Sequence record: SRR20825019_2655
Reading direction: 5' to 3' (one strand)
Length of the DNA: 59,317 nt
The notes below the pieces were generated by a model, which ran no database searches, was not told where the DNA came from, and worked only from the letters and a program-made list of their open reading frames with translations. The translations under genes were made by a program, and so were the position numbers. The stretch's first letter is position 1. Each line of letters starts with the position of its first letter. This document shows positions 29,818-39,689 of this stretch, piece after piece.

Positions 29818-31128
29818 TTAGGCTTTGAATTTGGTTTGGATCAACGAGCTGAGAGCAGAATGGAGGGGTTCATCCTCCAGTTTGTTGAGGACTTCCTCAA
29901 AGAAGCCGAAAACGAGAAGTTCATTTGCACGAGCTTCGGGAATGCCCCGGGAGCGCAGATAGTAGAGCTGATCCGCATCAATGCGGGAGCTGGTGGCACC
30001 GTGGGTGCAGCGCACATCGTTCGCCTCGATTTCGAGTCCGGGAAGAGAGTCTGCTTCCGCATGATCACTGAGCATCAGGTTTCGGTTGCTTTGATAAGCA
30101 TCCGTTTTTTGTGCTTCGGGATCGACCACGATGAGGCCGGAGAAGATTGTTTTGGCCTGGTCGAGGAGCGCGTTCTTGTAGAGCAGGTTGGAAGTGGTGT
30201 TGGGCGAGACGTGAGTCTGCAGGGTGCGTTGGTCGAACTCGCGTTCCCCATCGGCCACCGTGAGGGCGAGCATCTCACTGTGTGCACCGGATCCGAGCAA
30301 ACGGCTGTGCGATTCGTGGCGGGTCTGATTCCCGCCGAGATGGACATTCAAAGAGAGCACCCGGGCATCGCGTTCGACCGCGATGGAGTTGGTTTGAAAC
30401 GCCAGGGTATTTTTCGACCAGTTCTGCACTCCGACGTAGGTCAATTGCGAACCCGGAGCGGCGTGCAGATCGTTGACGCCTGAGACCATATGCGCTTCCT
30501 CGGCATGAGCCGAAACGAAATATTCCACGAGGGTGGCTTTGGCGTTCTCCTCGAGAATGACGAGGGTGTGGGGGAAAGCGGATTTATGATCGCCGGATAG
30601 GGTGTGTTGGACGACGACGGGTTCGGAGAGCTCCACTCCCTTGGGCACATAAAGCACAGCGCCGGTGGCGGTGAATGCTGTGTTAAGAGCGACAAATTTC
30701 TCGCTACCCAGGTTGGCCGGGTGCTTTTGGAAATAGCGGCGAACCAAGTCACCGTGATCACGCAGGGCCTCGTTCAGTGGCGCGAAGATCACGCCCTTGG
30801 CGGTCAACTCCGGAGGGAGTGTTTGGCGACCGATCAGCTGACGATTGGAAAACGTCATTTCTCCGGCGTGAGCAAAATCGGGCAAATGCGGGACGTGCAG
30901 AGAGGCCTCTTCGGGCAGATCGTAGCCGTCGAGCTTGAGTCCTTTGAGATTGGAGTAGCGCCAGCGTTCGTCCGAACGGGTCGGAAGCGGGAGCGCGTTA
31001 TATTGATTCCAAGCCTCTTTCTTGGCCTCGAGCCACCAGGCGGGCAGGGAAGCACGCTGGCCCAAATGGGTCGCGAAACGTTCTGAATTGAGACTGGTGG
31101 AGTCGGTTGTGGCAGGTATGGCAGACAT
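29818..31128 (-). CDS. sufD: Fe-S assembly protein SufD
   Basis: ERWRYSNL, AQKTDAYQSNRNLML, PGLEIEANDVRCTHGA. Confidence 0.95.
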   Translation of the reverse strand: MSAIPATTDSTSLNSERFATHLGQRASLPAWWLEAKKEAWNQYNALPLPTRSDERWRYSNLKGLKLDGYDLPEEASLHVPHLPDFAHAGEMTFSNRQLIGRQTLPPELTAKGVIFAPLNEALRDHGDLVRRYFQKHPANLGSEKFVALNTAFTATGAVLYVPKGVELSEPVVVQHTLSGDHKSAFPHTLVILEENAKATLVEYFVSAHAEEAHMVSGVNDLHAAPGSQLTYVGVQNWSKNTLAFQTNSIAVERDARVLSLNVHLGGNQTRHESHSRLLGSGAHSEMLALTVADGEREFDQRTLQTHVSPNTTSNLLYKNALLDQAKTIFSGLIVVDPEAQKTDAYQSNRNLMLSDHAEADSLPGLEIEANDVRCTHGATSSRIDADQLYYLRSRGIPEARANELLVFGFFEEVLNKLEDEPLHSALSSLIQTKFKA

Positions 31129-31155
31129 TCTTTGCTAAATATTGGAAAAGGTTGA

Positions 31156-32607
31156 TTAACCGACGGAACCTTCCATCTCGAGATCGATGAGGCGCTTGAG
31201 TTCGACCGAGTATTCCATCGGGAACTGGCTCGCGAGGTCGTTGATGAAACCGTTGACGGACAGACTCATCGCCTGCGCCTCGGTGAGACCGCGCTGCTGC
31301 ATGTAAAAGATCAGGTCTTCACTGACCTTCGACACGGAAGCCTCGTGCTGAGTGGAATTCTTATCCCCCTTAACGATAATCGACGGATAGGTGTCCGTGC
31401 GGCTGTTCGTGTTGATGAGGAGGGCGTCACATTCGGTGTTGTTCTTACATCCCTTGAGGTTCTTCGGGATGTGCACCATGCCGCGATACGTGGAACGCCC
31501 TTGGCCGACCGAGATCGATTTGGAGACCACGTTGGAAGTCGTGTTGTCCGCGGCGTGAATCATCTTTGCGCCGGTGTCCTGATGCTGTCCGTCGTTGGCG
31601 AGGGCGATCGAGATCACTTCGCCACGGGCGCGTTCGCCTTTCAGGACGACACCGGGATATTTCATGGTGAGACGGCTGCCGATATTGCAATCGATCCACT
31701 TGACCTCGGCGTCTTCGTGCGCCACCGCGCGCTTGGTAACCAGGTTGAACACGTTGTTGGCCCAATTCTGAACCGTGATGTATTGAATCTTGGCGCCCTT
31801 GAGAGCGACGAGTTCAACCACTGCGCTGTGGAGCGTGGAGGTGGAGAATTTCGGTGCGGTGCAGCCTTCCATGTAGGTGACTTCCGAACCTTCATCGGCG
31901 ATGATCAGGGTGCGCTCGAACTGCCCGAAGTTTTCCGCATTGATCCGGAAATAAGCCTGAAGTGGCTGCGCGACTTTGACGCCCTTGGGCACGTAGATGA
32001 ACGAGCCGCCGGAGAATACCGCGCTGTTCAGAGCGGAGAACTTGTTGTCACCGGTGGGGATCACCTTGCCGAAAAACTTTTTGAAGAGCTCGGGATGCTC
32101 GCGAAGACCTTCAGTCGAGTTGCAGAAAATGACGCCCTGTTTGGAGACGATTTCCTTGATATTGGAATAAGCGGCTTCCGAATCGAACTGGGCTTCGACA
32201 CCGGCGAGAAACTTGCGTTCCTGTTCGGGAATGCCGAGACGTTCGAAGGTCTGCTTGATATCGTCGGGCACTTCGTCCCAGGTGCGCTTGGGCTTCTGGC
32301 CGCCTTGGGAGAGGTAGTAGCGGATTTTCTCGAATTGAATGTTATCGAGATCCTTGGTCGCCCAGTGCGTGGGCATGGGCATGGACTCGAATTTCTTCAG
32401 CGCCTTGAGCCGGAAGTCGAGAATCCACGGAGCTTCCTTTTTGACGTTGCTGATGTAACGGACGGTCTCTTCGTTGAGACCGACGCCGGCATCAAACGCG
32501 TAATCAACCTTGTAGTTAAAGTCGCCACGCGTCTGGTCGATACCTTGAACCGGGTTGGCGGTATCGGTTGGCGCTTCGAGGGTGTCGGTATCGGTTAAAT
32601 CGGACAT
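31156..32607 (-). CDS. sufB: Fe-S assembly protein SufB
   Basis: [42 protein letters not shown]. Confidence 0.98.
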   Translation of the reverse strand: MSDLTDTDTLEAPTDTANPVQGIDQTRGDFNYKVDYAFDAGVGLNEETVRYISNVKKEAPWILDFRLKALKKFESMPMPTHWATKDLDNIQFEKIRYYLSQGGQKPKRTWDEVPDDIKQTFERLGIPEQERKFLAGVEAQFDSEAAYSNIKEIVSKQGVIFCNSTEGLREHPELFKKFFGKVIPTGDNKFSALNSAVFSGGSFIYVPKGVKVAQPLQAYFRINAENFGQFERTLIIADEGSEVTYMEGCTAPKFSTSTLHSAVVELVALKGAKIQYITVQNWANNVFNLVTKRAVAHEDAEVKWIDCNIGSRLTMKYPGVVLKGERARGEVISIALANDGQHQDTGAKMIHAADNTTSNVVSKSISVGQGRSTYRGMVHIPKNLKGCKNNTECDALLINTNSRTDTYPSIIVKGDKNSTQHEASVSKVSEDLIFYMQQRGLTEAQAMSLSVNGFINDLASQFPMEYSVELKRLIDLEMEGSVG

Positions 32608-32628
32608 GATAGAGAAGGGTTGTGTGGT

Positions 32629-33384
32629 TTAAGCGGAGGCGAGCTCCTTGGTGACCCAATCGTAGCCCTTGGCTTCGAGCTCAAGGGCGAGTGACTTGTC
32701 GCCGCTCTTGACGATGCGACCGTCATACATGACGTGCACGAAATCCGGCACGATGTAGTCGAGCAGGCGTTGGTAGTGGGTGATCATGAGCGCACCAAAG
32801 CTGTCGTTGCGCATCGTATTGACGCCTTCGGCCACGATTTTAAGGGCATCGATATCGAGACCGGAGTCGGTCTCATCCATGAGCGCAAACTTGGGTTCGA
32901 GCATGGCCATTTGGAGGATCTCACAGCGCTTTTTTTCGCCGCCGGAAAAGCCTTCGTTGACCGAACGGGAGGTGAACTTCCGGTTGATCTTGAGCAGGTC
33001 CATCTTGCCGTAAAGGCGCTTGTAATAGGCGGACGCATCGAGCTCTTCATCTTCACCCATGCGCGCTTGCTGAGCGGCGCGGAGGAAGTTGGCGATACTG
33101 ACGCCGGGGATTTCGCTCGGGTATTGAAACGCGAGGAAGATGCCGGCGCGGCTGCGTTCGTCGGGTTCCATCGTGAGGACGGATTCACCATCGAGAAGCA
33201 CGTCGCCCGAAGTAATCGTGTAATCGGGATGCCCGGCGATAGCTTTGGCGAGGGTGGATTTCCCCGTGCCGTTTGGCCCCATGATAGCGTGCACTTCACC
33301 GCTGTTAACGGTGAGGGTGAAGCCCTTGACGATTTCTTTTTCGCCGATGGCGATGTGGAGGTCTTTGATTTCCAGTTTGGACAT
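32629..33384 (-). CDS. sufC: Fe-S assembly ATPase SufC
   Basis: [35 protein letters not shown]; start MSKLEIK. Confidence 0.97.
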   Translation of the reverse strand: MSKLEIKDLHIAIGEKEIVKGFTLTVNSGEVHAIMGPNGTGKSTLAKAIAGHPDYTITSGDVLLDGESVLTMEPDERSRAGIFLAFQYPSEIPGVSIANFLRAAQQARMGEDEELDASAYYKRLYGKMDLLKINRKFTSRSVNEGFSGGEKKRCEILQMAMLEPKFALMDETDSGLDIDALKIVAEGVNTMRNDSFGALMITHYQRLLDYIVPDFVHVMYDGRIVKSGDKSLALELEAKGYDWVTKELASA

Positions 33385-33403
33385 GTGTGTAAGTGTAAAA
33401 GGA

Positions 33404-33841
33404 TTAACGGGTGGAGAGCTTGCTGGCTTTGCCCCGGAAACTGATTTCGATGGAAGAGGCGTCGTAGCCATTCGGCAGAATGGCCTTCACCTGATCGAGA
33501 AGCTCGGGTGGGAGATCAATGTCGTGAGTCGAACCGGCGGCCTCATCATGAAAATGCGCATGAGGTCGGAGGTTGGGACAGTAACGAGTGGGTCCACGCT
33601 CGAAATTGACGGCTCGCACGAGATTGCGCTGCACGAACGTTTCCAGGCAGTTGTAAACGGTCGCGAGTGAAATAGACGGCATTTCGGTCTTCACCCGGGC
33701 GTAAACTTCGTCGGCCGTGGGGTGATCGCGTTGGCTCAGTAAGGTGCCGTAGATGACTTCGCGCTGGGGGGTCGCACGCAGCCCGCTGTCGGCGAGTTTC
33801 TGCGTAAAGTCGTGCGTGGGGGCTGTGTTGGTGAATGGCAT
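33404..33841 (-). CDS. Fur-family regulator, Irr/PerR-like, lacking CxxC motifs
   Basis: [30 protein letters not shown]. Confidence 0.92.
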   Translation of the reverse strand: MPFTNTAPTHDFTQKLADSGLRATPQREVIYGTLLSQRDHPTADEVYARVKTEMPSISLATVYNCLETFVQRNLVRAVNFERGPTRYCPNLRPHAHFHDEAAGSTHDIDLPPELLDQVKAILPNGYDASSIEISFRGKASKLSTR

Positions 33842-33862
33842 GATCCGTGGAAAGCTCAATCA

Positions 33863-33908
33863 ATTGGAATGGTTCTAAATCGCAAGTGAGAATTAGAATT
33901 ATTCCAGA
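33863..33908. promoter_or_regulatory. Two ICE/Per-like operator boxes upstream of the fur-suf operon
   Basis: ATTGGAATGGTTCTAAA (33863) and ATTAGAATTATTCCAGA (33892) compared with the Irr ICE consensus TTTRGAAYNRTTCYAAA. Confidence 0.65.
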
Positions 33909-34074
33909 GTAAGAATAGATATAATTGTAACTATATGATTAACAGTATGATGCGATTTTTAAATGATTTGTTATCATTCACGCTGGTGACTGGGGTATCG
34001 CAAATACCACCTTGATCGCATTAAAAACTGGTTCGGATGAGGAGGATTGCACACAAAAGTCCCTCCATTCTGCT

Positions 34075-34491
34075 ATGAACCTCGAAGACGCCCGCACTGC
34101 CATTATCGCCACGATCGACCGGATGAATACCCTCTATCGGGCTCCGGTTTTTGATGAATGGGTCTTGGTGAAGCTCGGGCAGGATCGCGGGGCGATTCTT
34201 TCCTATCAGGGTCCACGCGCTGAAAGCTACAAACGCGACTTTCAGGCCGATATCGTTCCTCTCCGCACGGAGGTTGGTCAGGAAAAACTCGAAGTGGGCG
34301 CATTTGCCTTTGTGCAGACAGCGGAAGGCACTCATTTCGACGCCTGCATCCGTATCGGGCCGACCGGGTATTTATTTTGCAATCACACCGGCAAAACCAT
34401 GGTTGAGATTCGCGAAAACCCACTCTGGCTTGAGGCTCAAAAACCCTTCGTGAAGTTGAGCGGTCTGTTTGCGACCGATCCACTGGAGTGA
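34075..34491 (+). CDS. Hypothetical protein
   Basis: 138-aa ORF from ATG 34075, divergent from the fur-suf operon. Confidence 0.7.
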   Translation: MNLEDARTAIIATIDRMNTLYRAPVFDEWVLVKLGQDRGAILSYQGPRAESYKRDFQADIVPLRTEVGQEKLEVGAFAFVQTAEGTHFDACIRIGPTGYLFCNHTGKTMVEIRENPLWLEAQKPFVKLSGLFATDPLE

Positions 34492-34494
34492 GCG

Positions 34495-35481
34495 TCAGGC
34501 GAGCAGCCCTTGCCAGACAAACCAACCATAAGCCACCGTCATCACCACACCGGCCCAGCGGGGCAAACCACCGAAAAGCAGCAGAAACAGCCCGTGCACG
34601 AGGGTCGCGCCGCAGAGTAGCAGCATGCTGGTTTCGAAAAACGCTGGAAGCGGCACCTCGCGAAACAGCACGAATAATCCAAGACAAAGCGGAATGCAGA
34701 TGTGGCCGTCACCGATTTGTGAACTGTAAACGACATCCGCGCGTCGCTTCCACGCCCAATAGATTGCCAGGAGGGCGTTGGGCAACACGAGGAGCCAACC
34801 GCTGAGCCAGCCCAGATTGGCCGCACTGACGAAACCGACTTGTCGCGAAGTGAGCCAATTCACCAACCAATCGATACTTTCGTAAACCGCCCCGGCGCAG
34901 AGAATCACGATTATCAGATCCACATAAAACATCGGCCGGTAGCTTACGCGCTGGCGGACATTGTGTTTAAGGACGTCGAAAACCTGAAAACACTGCCAAA
35001 ATAGAAACAGTCCGATCAGGATAAACCCGTCGCTTCGGGTGAGTTTGCCATCCTGGCCGAGGGCCCAGACCGCGCCGGTGAAAAACAGCACCGCCGCGAG
35101 CGTCAGCAGAAGTGAGAGTCGATTGATCCGGTGGCTTGCAACGGCCTTTGGGGATTTCCCCAAGGCGGCGGGCATGACGGATAATCCCCAGATCATCGCG
35201 GGTAATCCGAGCAGCAGCGTGAGATTCGTCACATTGTTGACCAAACAGTTGATCAGCACCTCCTGCGGTTCGCCTTTTTGCGAAACCATCAGCCCGACGA
35301 AGATCAAATTTCCCAAACCTGAACAGTAGGGCATTACGAGTGTGCCCAGCGCCGTGCCTTCGAGGCCATGATCGAGCATCGCCTCCAGTCGCCACATCAT
35401 CAGCAGCGAAACGCCGAGAAATACCGCGAGGAAAACCCACGCGTTGGCGAGACCGGCCGAGTTGAGTAGTTCAGGTAACAC
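34495..35481 (-). CDS. Na+/Ca2+ exchanger-like (CaCA) membrane protein with degenerate alpha repeats
   Basis: About 10 hydrophobic segments in two halves; LGTLVMPYCSGLGN and LLVLPNAL...SSQIGD sit at alpha-repeat positions. Confidence 0.65.
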   Translation of the reverse strand: MLPELLNSAGLANAWVFLAVFLGVSLLMMWRLEAMLDHGLEGTALGTLVMPYCSGLGNLIFVGLMVSQKGEPQEVLINCLVNNVTNLTLLLGLPAMIWGLSVMPAALGKSPKAVASHRINRLSLLLTLAAVLFFTGAVWALGQDGKLTRSDGFILIGLFLFWQCFQVFDVLKHNVRQRVSYRPMFYVDLIIVILCAGAVYESIDWLVNWLTSRQVGFVSAANLGWLSGWLLVLPNALLAIYWAWKRRADVVYSSQIGDGHICIPLCLGLFVLFREVPLPAFFETSMLLLCGATLVHGLFLLLFGGLPRWAGVVMTVAYGWFVWQGLLA

Positions 35482-35537
35482 GGGATTGTTTGAATTCTAA
35501 CCGATGAACGGATCCCCGTGTTGTTGATTGTGACCGA

Positions 35538-36506
35538 TCAGGCGGGTGAAAAATCCTTGGTATGCAGGGTGCGGGCCGCGGTGAGTTCCTCGGCGGAGTA
35601 GGGTTTCGCATCGGAGGCGGTCGCGCAATCGAGGATTTCCTCCAACTTACGCGAACCCGAGAGCACGGTCGAGATGTGCGGATTATCAATTGCCCAACGC
35701 ATCGCAGCCGATGCAAGCGAAGGGACGTCGTCGCGCACGAGGACTTCCTTGTAGCGATCTGCGAGTTCGACGCGTTCGACGATCTCCTCGCGTGGATAAC
35801 GCGAATTGAGGGTTCCTTCCGGGAAGACGATATCCTTGTTGAAGACGCCGGCGAGGAAACCATTGGCCAGCGATTCACGAGCGACGATGCCGACACCTTT
35901 TTCGCCGAGGTGCTTGATGATCGGTTCCCATTCGCGGTAGGTCAGGCTATAGGCGATCTGTGCAACATCGATTAAACCGTTGTCGGCCCAGTCACGCGTC
36001 ATATCCGCGGTGTTCTCAATGAATCCACAGGATAATCCGATAAACCGCACCTTGCCGCTGTCTTTGAGCTTTTCGAGTGCCGCCCAGACATCGTCTTTGA
36101 TGTTGTCCGGATGGGTGGGAGAATGAAAAAACAAGACATCGATGCGATCAGTCCAGATACGCTGCAAACTTTGTTCGACGGACCAAATCACGGATTCACC
36201 ATCGAAGAATTCATTGGTGTGAACACGCGAATGATAGCGTCCAAATTTCGTGGCGATGGTTACCTGATCGCGGTGGATTCCGAGTGCCTGTCCGAGAACA
36301 TGCTCCGCAATGCCATCGGCTTCACTGGTGCCGTAAAGTGGCGCGGTATCAAAAAAATTGATGCCAGCATCGAGGGCACCGCGGATGGCGTTGTGAGCGG
36401 CGTCGGTATCGACGGAACCATAGATCGAGGGGGACCCGAAGGCCCAGGTGCCGAGGCTGACTTCGCTGACATTAAGACCGGTGCGACCGAGTGTGCGGTA
36501 TTTCAT
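35538..36506 (-). CDS. Aldo/keto reductase
   Basis: LGRTGLNVSEVSLGT, FDTAPLYG, IATKFG, GKVRFIGLS. Confidence 0.95.
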   Translation of the reverse strand: MKYRTLGRTGLNVSEVSLGTWAFGSPSIYGSVDTDAAHNAIRGALDAGINFFDTAPLYGTSEADGIAEHVLGQALGIHRDQVTIATKFGRYHSRVHTNEFFDGESVIWSVEQSLQRIWTDRIDVLFFHSPTHPDNIKDDVWAALEKLKDSGKVRFIGLSCGFIENTADMTRDWADNGLIDVAQIAYSLTYREWEPIIKHLGEKGVGIVARESLANGFLAGVFNKDIVFPEGTLNSRYPREEIVERVELADRYKEVLVRDDVPSLASAAMRWAIDNPHISTVLSGSRKLEEILDCATASDAKPYSAEELTAARTLHTKDFSPA

Positions 36507-36603
36507 AAAGGGACTATCGTAGTTAAAAGTAGAAAAGGAATGTCAACTATTGGATGACGAAAAAACGATTGGCCGAAAACTCGCCCACAAACCAGCGGAT
36601 CAG

Positions 36604-36670
36604 ATGTCACTTAATAAGTGACATTTTCAGAGGTGTTTCGATAAGTGGAATGTCACTTAATAAGTGACAT
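36604..36670. repeat. Two identical 21-bp palindromes ATGTCACTTAATAAGTGACAT
   Basis: Copies at 36604..36624 and 36650..36670 (46-bp period), each a 10-1-10 inverted repeat. Confidence 0.92.
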
Positions 36671-36683
36671 TCACGGCTGCAGG

Positions 36684-37400
36684 TCAGTTTGCCGCGAGGG
36701 TGTCGTTGATCAGCTTTTGGGCCCCATCGAGAAACGCTTTGGTGTAGGCGCGCCCCTTTTCGGCGGATGAGTCACGTGGATCGGGACCCCAGACGGCGTC
36801 GTCTTCGAGGGTCGGCACGCGATCATCAGGCAGGCGCGAAAGATCCACGCAGTCCGGATCGGTATGCATGAGGAAGGAGACTTCCCCAAGGGCGGCGTGA
36901 TTCACGATGACGATATCTTCGGATATCAAATCGGTTTCGGAAGTTGCGATGATGCGGGTGGCGGATTGGCTCGCGTTAAATTTCGCGGCTTCCTCTTTGA
37001 TAATGTCGTAGTGTGGTTGACCGACATGGCCGCAAAGAGTGAAGACGAGTCGGAATTTTTCGTCGGCGAGCTGTTCGAAATGCTCCCGTGCGAGGAGTCG
37101 CAGCAAGTCCTCGCTGAAATTGAGCGAATGCCGTTTGTGATCCATGTCCGGAATCAGCTTCATAGTGTTGGCGGCGACGTTGACGGAAGGCAGCACGAGA
37201 CCGCCCACCTTCTGCGCGAGTTCGATGCAGAGCCCATGAGCTTTGAGGCTGTCGAGGCCGATCGCGGCGTGTTTACCATGATATTCGAGGGCACCCCACG
37301 GAAGATAAGCGATCGGGTGCTGTTCAAAGATAGCCTCGATTTCAGTGGGCATGAGCCGCTCATAGCGACCCCACACAGGGTTAGATGACGTTAACGACAT
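36684..37400 (-). CDS. Creatininase-family amidohydrolase
   Basis: PWGALEYHGKHAAIGLD, CGHVGQ, HAALGEVS. Confidence 0.88.
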   Translation of the reverse strand: MSLTSSNPVWGRYERLMPTEIEAIFEQHPIAYLPWGALEYHGKHAAIGLDSLKAHGLCIELAQKVGGLVLPSVNVAANTMKLIPDMDHKRHSLNFSEDLLRLLAREHFEQLADEKFRLVFTLCGHVGQPHYDIIKEEAAKFNASQSATRIIATSETDLISEDIVIVNHAALGEVSFLMHTDPDCVDLSRLPDDRVPTLEDDAVWGPDPRDSSAEKGRAYTKAFLDGAQKLINDTLAAN

Positions 37401-37574
37401 GATTGCTGATCAACGATGCGAGGGCTGAGGGGGTCCCGCCAAGGCAATTGTGTCCCGACTGTTTCATTTAAGACCAAGCGAGACATTGCCATCAGGCTCA
37501 ATTGTTGCTTGAGTGGATGGATGTCGCACCGCGAACGGTCTGCGATACTTTCCAACCCTTAAAACGATAATATT

Positions 37575-38015
37575 ATGGCAACATTTGTTCCTCTCATCAG
37601 CTCCGGCACCGCCGGTCCTCTCGGCGTTCTCCACCTGCCTCGCATGTGGCTCAAAGTTTCTCTCGAAGCCAGTGGCAAACTCGACTCACGTTATCCCGGC
37701 GCTGGCCAGGGTTACGATCAGATGACGATCGATGCTCTCGGTCTCAACCGTGATGCCGTTCTCGCTTATATCAAAGAGAGCAAGCCTTCCTATCCTCAGT
37801 TCGAGGCATGGATCAAAGCACAACCCGGTGTAAAGCTGGATGCGGCGACGATCGAAGCACACAACGCGTCCGTGCTCGGCTACAACCACGACGACGAGAC
37901 CCGCAAAGGTGTTCTCGATGCTTCCGGTATCGCGGACGATGGTTCGATTCTCGATGCGGTTCGTCTCAACGATCTCGACAGTTGGCAGGAGTTCCACGCT
38001 GACGAACTCTCCTGA
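37575..38015 (+). CDS. DUF5069-like protein
   Basis: GPLGVLHLPRMWLK motif; has its own terminator. Confidence 0.7.
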   Translation: MATFVPLISSGTAGPLGVLHLPRMWLKVSLEASGKLDSRYPGAGQGYDQMTIDALGLNRDAVLAYIKESKPSYPQFEAWIKAQPGVKLDAATIEAHNASVLGYNHDDETRKGVLDASGIADDGSILDAVRLNDLDSWQEFHADELS

Positions 38016-38037
38016 GCTTCTCGTAACTCTCTTCAGT

Positions 38038-38072
38038 AAAACGCCGCCTCACGAAAGTGGGCGGCGTTTTTT
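38038..38072 (+). terminator. Intrinsic terminator
   Basis: AAAACGCCGCC-TCACGAAAGTG-GGCGGCGTTTTTT. Confidence 0.85.
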
Positions 38073-38180
38073 ATTATTTGCGAAAAGCCCGATGGATGGA
38101 CATTGGAGAGGGAACCGCTTGAACAACTGCGAGTCGTTGTGGGTGACTCTATGATGAATGACTTCTCTATGACCCCAAGC

Positions 38181-39689
38181 ATGCGATATTGTAAGATACT
38201 GATCTTTATTATTCTGCCCGGACTGATGATGGCGGAGGTATCCAATATTGATGTGGATCGAAACTATGTGGTGGAGAAAGCACGGGAGTTGTCCGCTGAA
38301 CCCTATAATCCTGATCGTGGAGGGGTCTCTAAATCATTCCGGAAGCTTACCTATGATGATTACCGGAAAATTCGATTTCGTCCGGAGCACTCACTTTGGC
38401 GTGCTGACGGAGGGGCGTTTCAGCTCCAATTTTTCCATCCGGGCTACCTCTATGATCGTTCGGTGGAACTCCACGAGTTCTCCAAAGATTATACGCAGGA
38501 TATTCCGTTCGTGAGGGATTATTTTGATTATCAGGATCTGCGGTTCGCGTTCTGGTCCAAGTGGGGGTTAGGCTATGCGGGATTCAAGTTGTTGCATGAA
38601 ATCAACGAACCGGGGAAGTGGGACGAAGTCGCTTCTTTCCTCGGAGCCAGCTATTTTCGAGCGTTGGGCAAGGAACAATATTACGGCATTTCTGCCCGTG
38701 GTTTGGCATTGAATACCGGTGGTTCGGGAGAGGAGGAATTTCCCCGATTTATCGAATATTGGATTGGTAAACCCGAGGAGGATGGGGCGGTTGTCACGGT
38801 GCATGCCCTGCTCGATGGGCCGAGTGTTTCCGGAGCCTATACTTTCCGAATTCAACCCGGCGAGGCTACGACGATGGAAGTGCAGGCGACGCTCTTTTTC
38901 CGATCGATGGTTCCCGTGGTGGGGATCGCGCCGATGACCAGTATGTTCTGGTTTGGTGAAGGGACATCCGATCGATACGGTGATTTTCGTCCGGAAGTTC
39001 ACGATTCGGATGGTCTGCTAGTGGCGGTTGACGAAGATACCCGGATCTGGCGACCGCTGATCAATCCTCGTGAGAAAAAACTCACGGACTATCCGGCAAA
39101 GTCACTCAAGGGATTCGGCCTGTTTCAACGTGATCGGCAGTTTCACAGTTATGAGGATATTGAAGCTCATTACCAACATCGTCCGAGTTTGTGGGCGGAA
39201 CCGATGGGCCCGTGGCCCGCGGGCCGGGTGCGTTTGATGGAATTGCCCGCGACCAGTGAGCATCATGACAATGTGGTGGCATTCTGGACGCCCGAAAAAA
39301 CACCTGAACCCGGAGACGGACCGGTGGAGCTGGCGTGGCGTTTGCATTGGACCAGGGCGCCGGTATTCGGAGGCCCGCGAGGCTATGTTTCGGCAACCCG
39401 CCAAACGGTGGAGGACGGTGCTCCGGGGCAGACTCTGTTTGTGGTCGATTTTGCTCCGGGATCGTTGGAGGAAATTCCGTCGGATGGACAATTGGAAGTG
39501 AGGACTGAGGTTCCCCCGCGTGTGGAAATTATCGATCAGCAAGTGATCTGCAATGAGATCAATGGTTCCTGGCGGTTGTCGCTGCGATTGAAGGCCGCCC
39601 CGGGAAGTGATCCGGTGGAGATCCGCTCCGCACTTTGGTGGGGAGACGAGCAGGTGACGGAAACCTGGAGCATGCCCTGGACGCCATGA
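38181..39689 (+). CDS. opgG: Periplasmic glucan biosynthesis protein OpgG/OpgD family
   Basis: LTYDDYRKIRF, FLGASYFRA, YGISARGLA, RPEVHDSDGL, DNVVAFW. Confidence 0.93.
   Translation: MRYCKILIFIILPGLMMAEVSNIDVDRNYVVEKARELSAEPYNPDRGGVSKSFRKLTYDDYRKIRFRPEHSLWRADGGAFQLQFFHPGYLYDRSVELHEFSKDYTQDIPFVRDYFDYQDLRFAFWSKWGLGYAGFKLLHEINEPGKWDEVASFLGASYFRALGKEQYYGISARGLALNTGGSGEEEFPRFIEYWIGKPEEDGAVVTVHALLDGPSVSGAYTFRIQPGEATTMEVQATLFFRSMVPVVGIAPMTSMFWFGEGTSDRYGDFRPEVHDSDGLLVAVDEDTRIWRPLINPREKKLTDYPAKSLKGFGLFQRDRQFHSYEDIEAHYQHRPSLWAEPMGPWPAGRVRLMELPATSEHHDNVVAFWTPEKTPEPGDGPVELAWRLHWTRAPVFGGPRGYVSATRQTVEDGAPGQTLFVVDFAPGSLEEIPSDGQLEVRTEVPPRVEIIDQQVICNEINGSWRLSLRLKAAPGSDPVEIRSALWWGDEQVTETWSMPWTP

Noticed and set aside
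31345-32598. 417-aa + strand ORF
   Set aside because: Antisense shadow of sufB.
36604-36670. Mini-CRISPR array
   Set aside because: Only two 21-bp units, fully palindromic, and no cas genes in the window.
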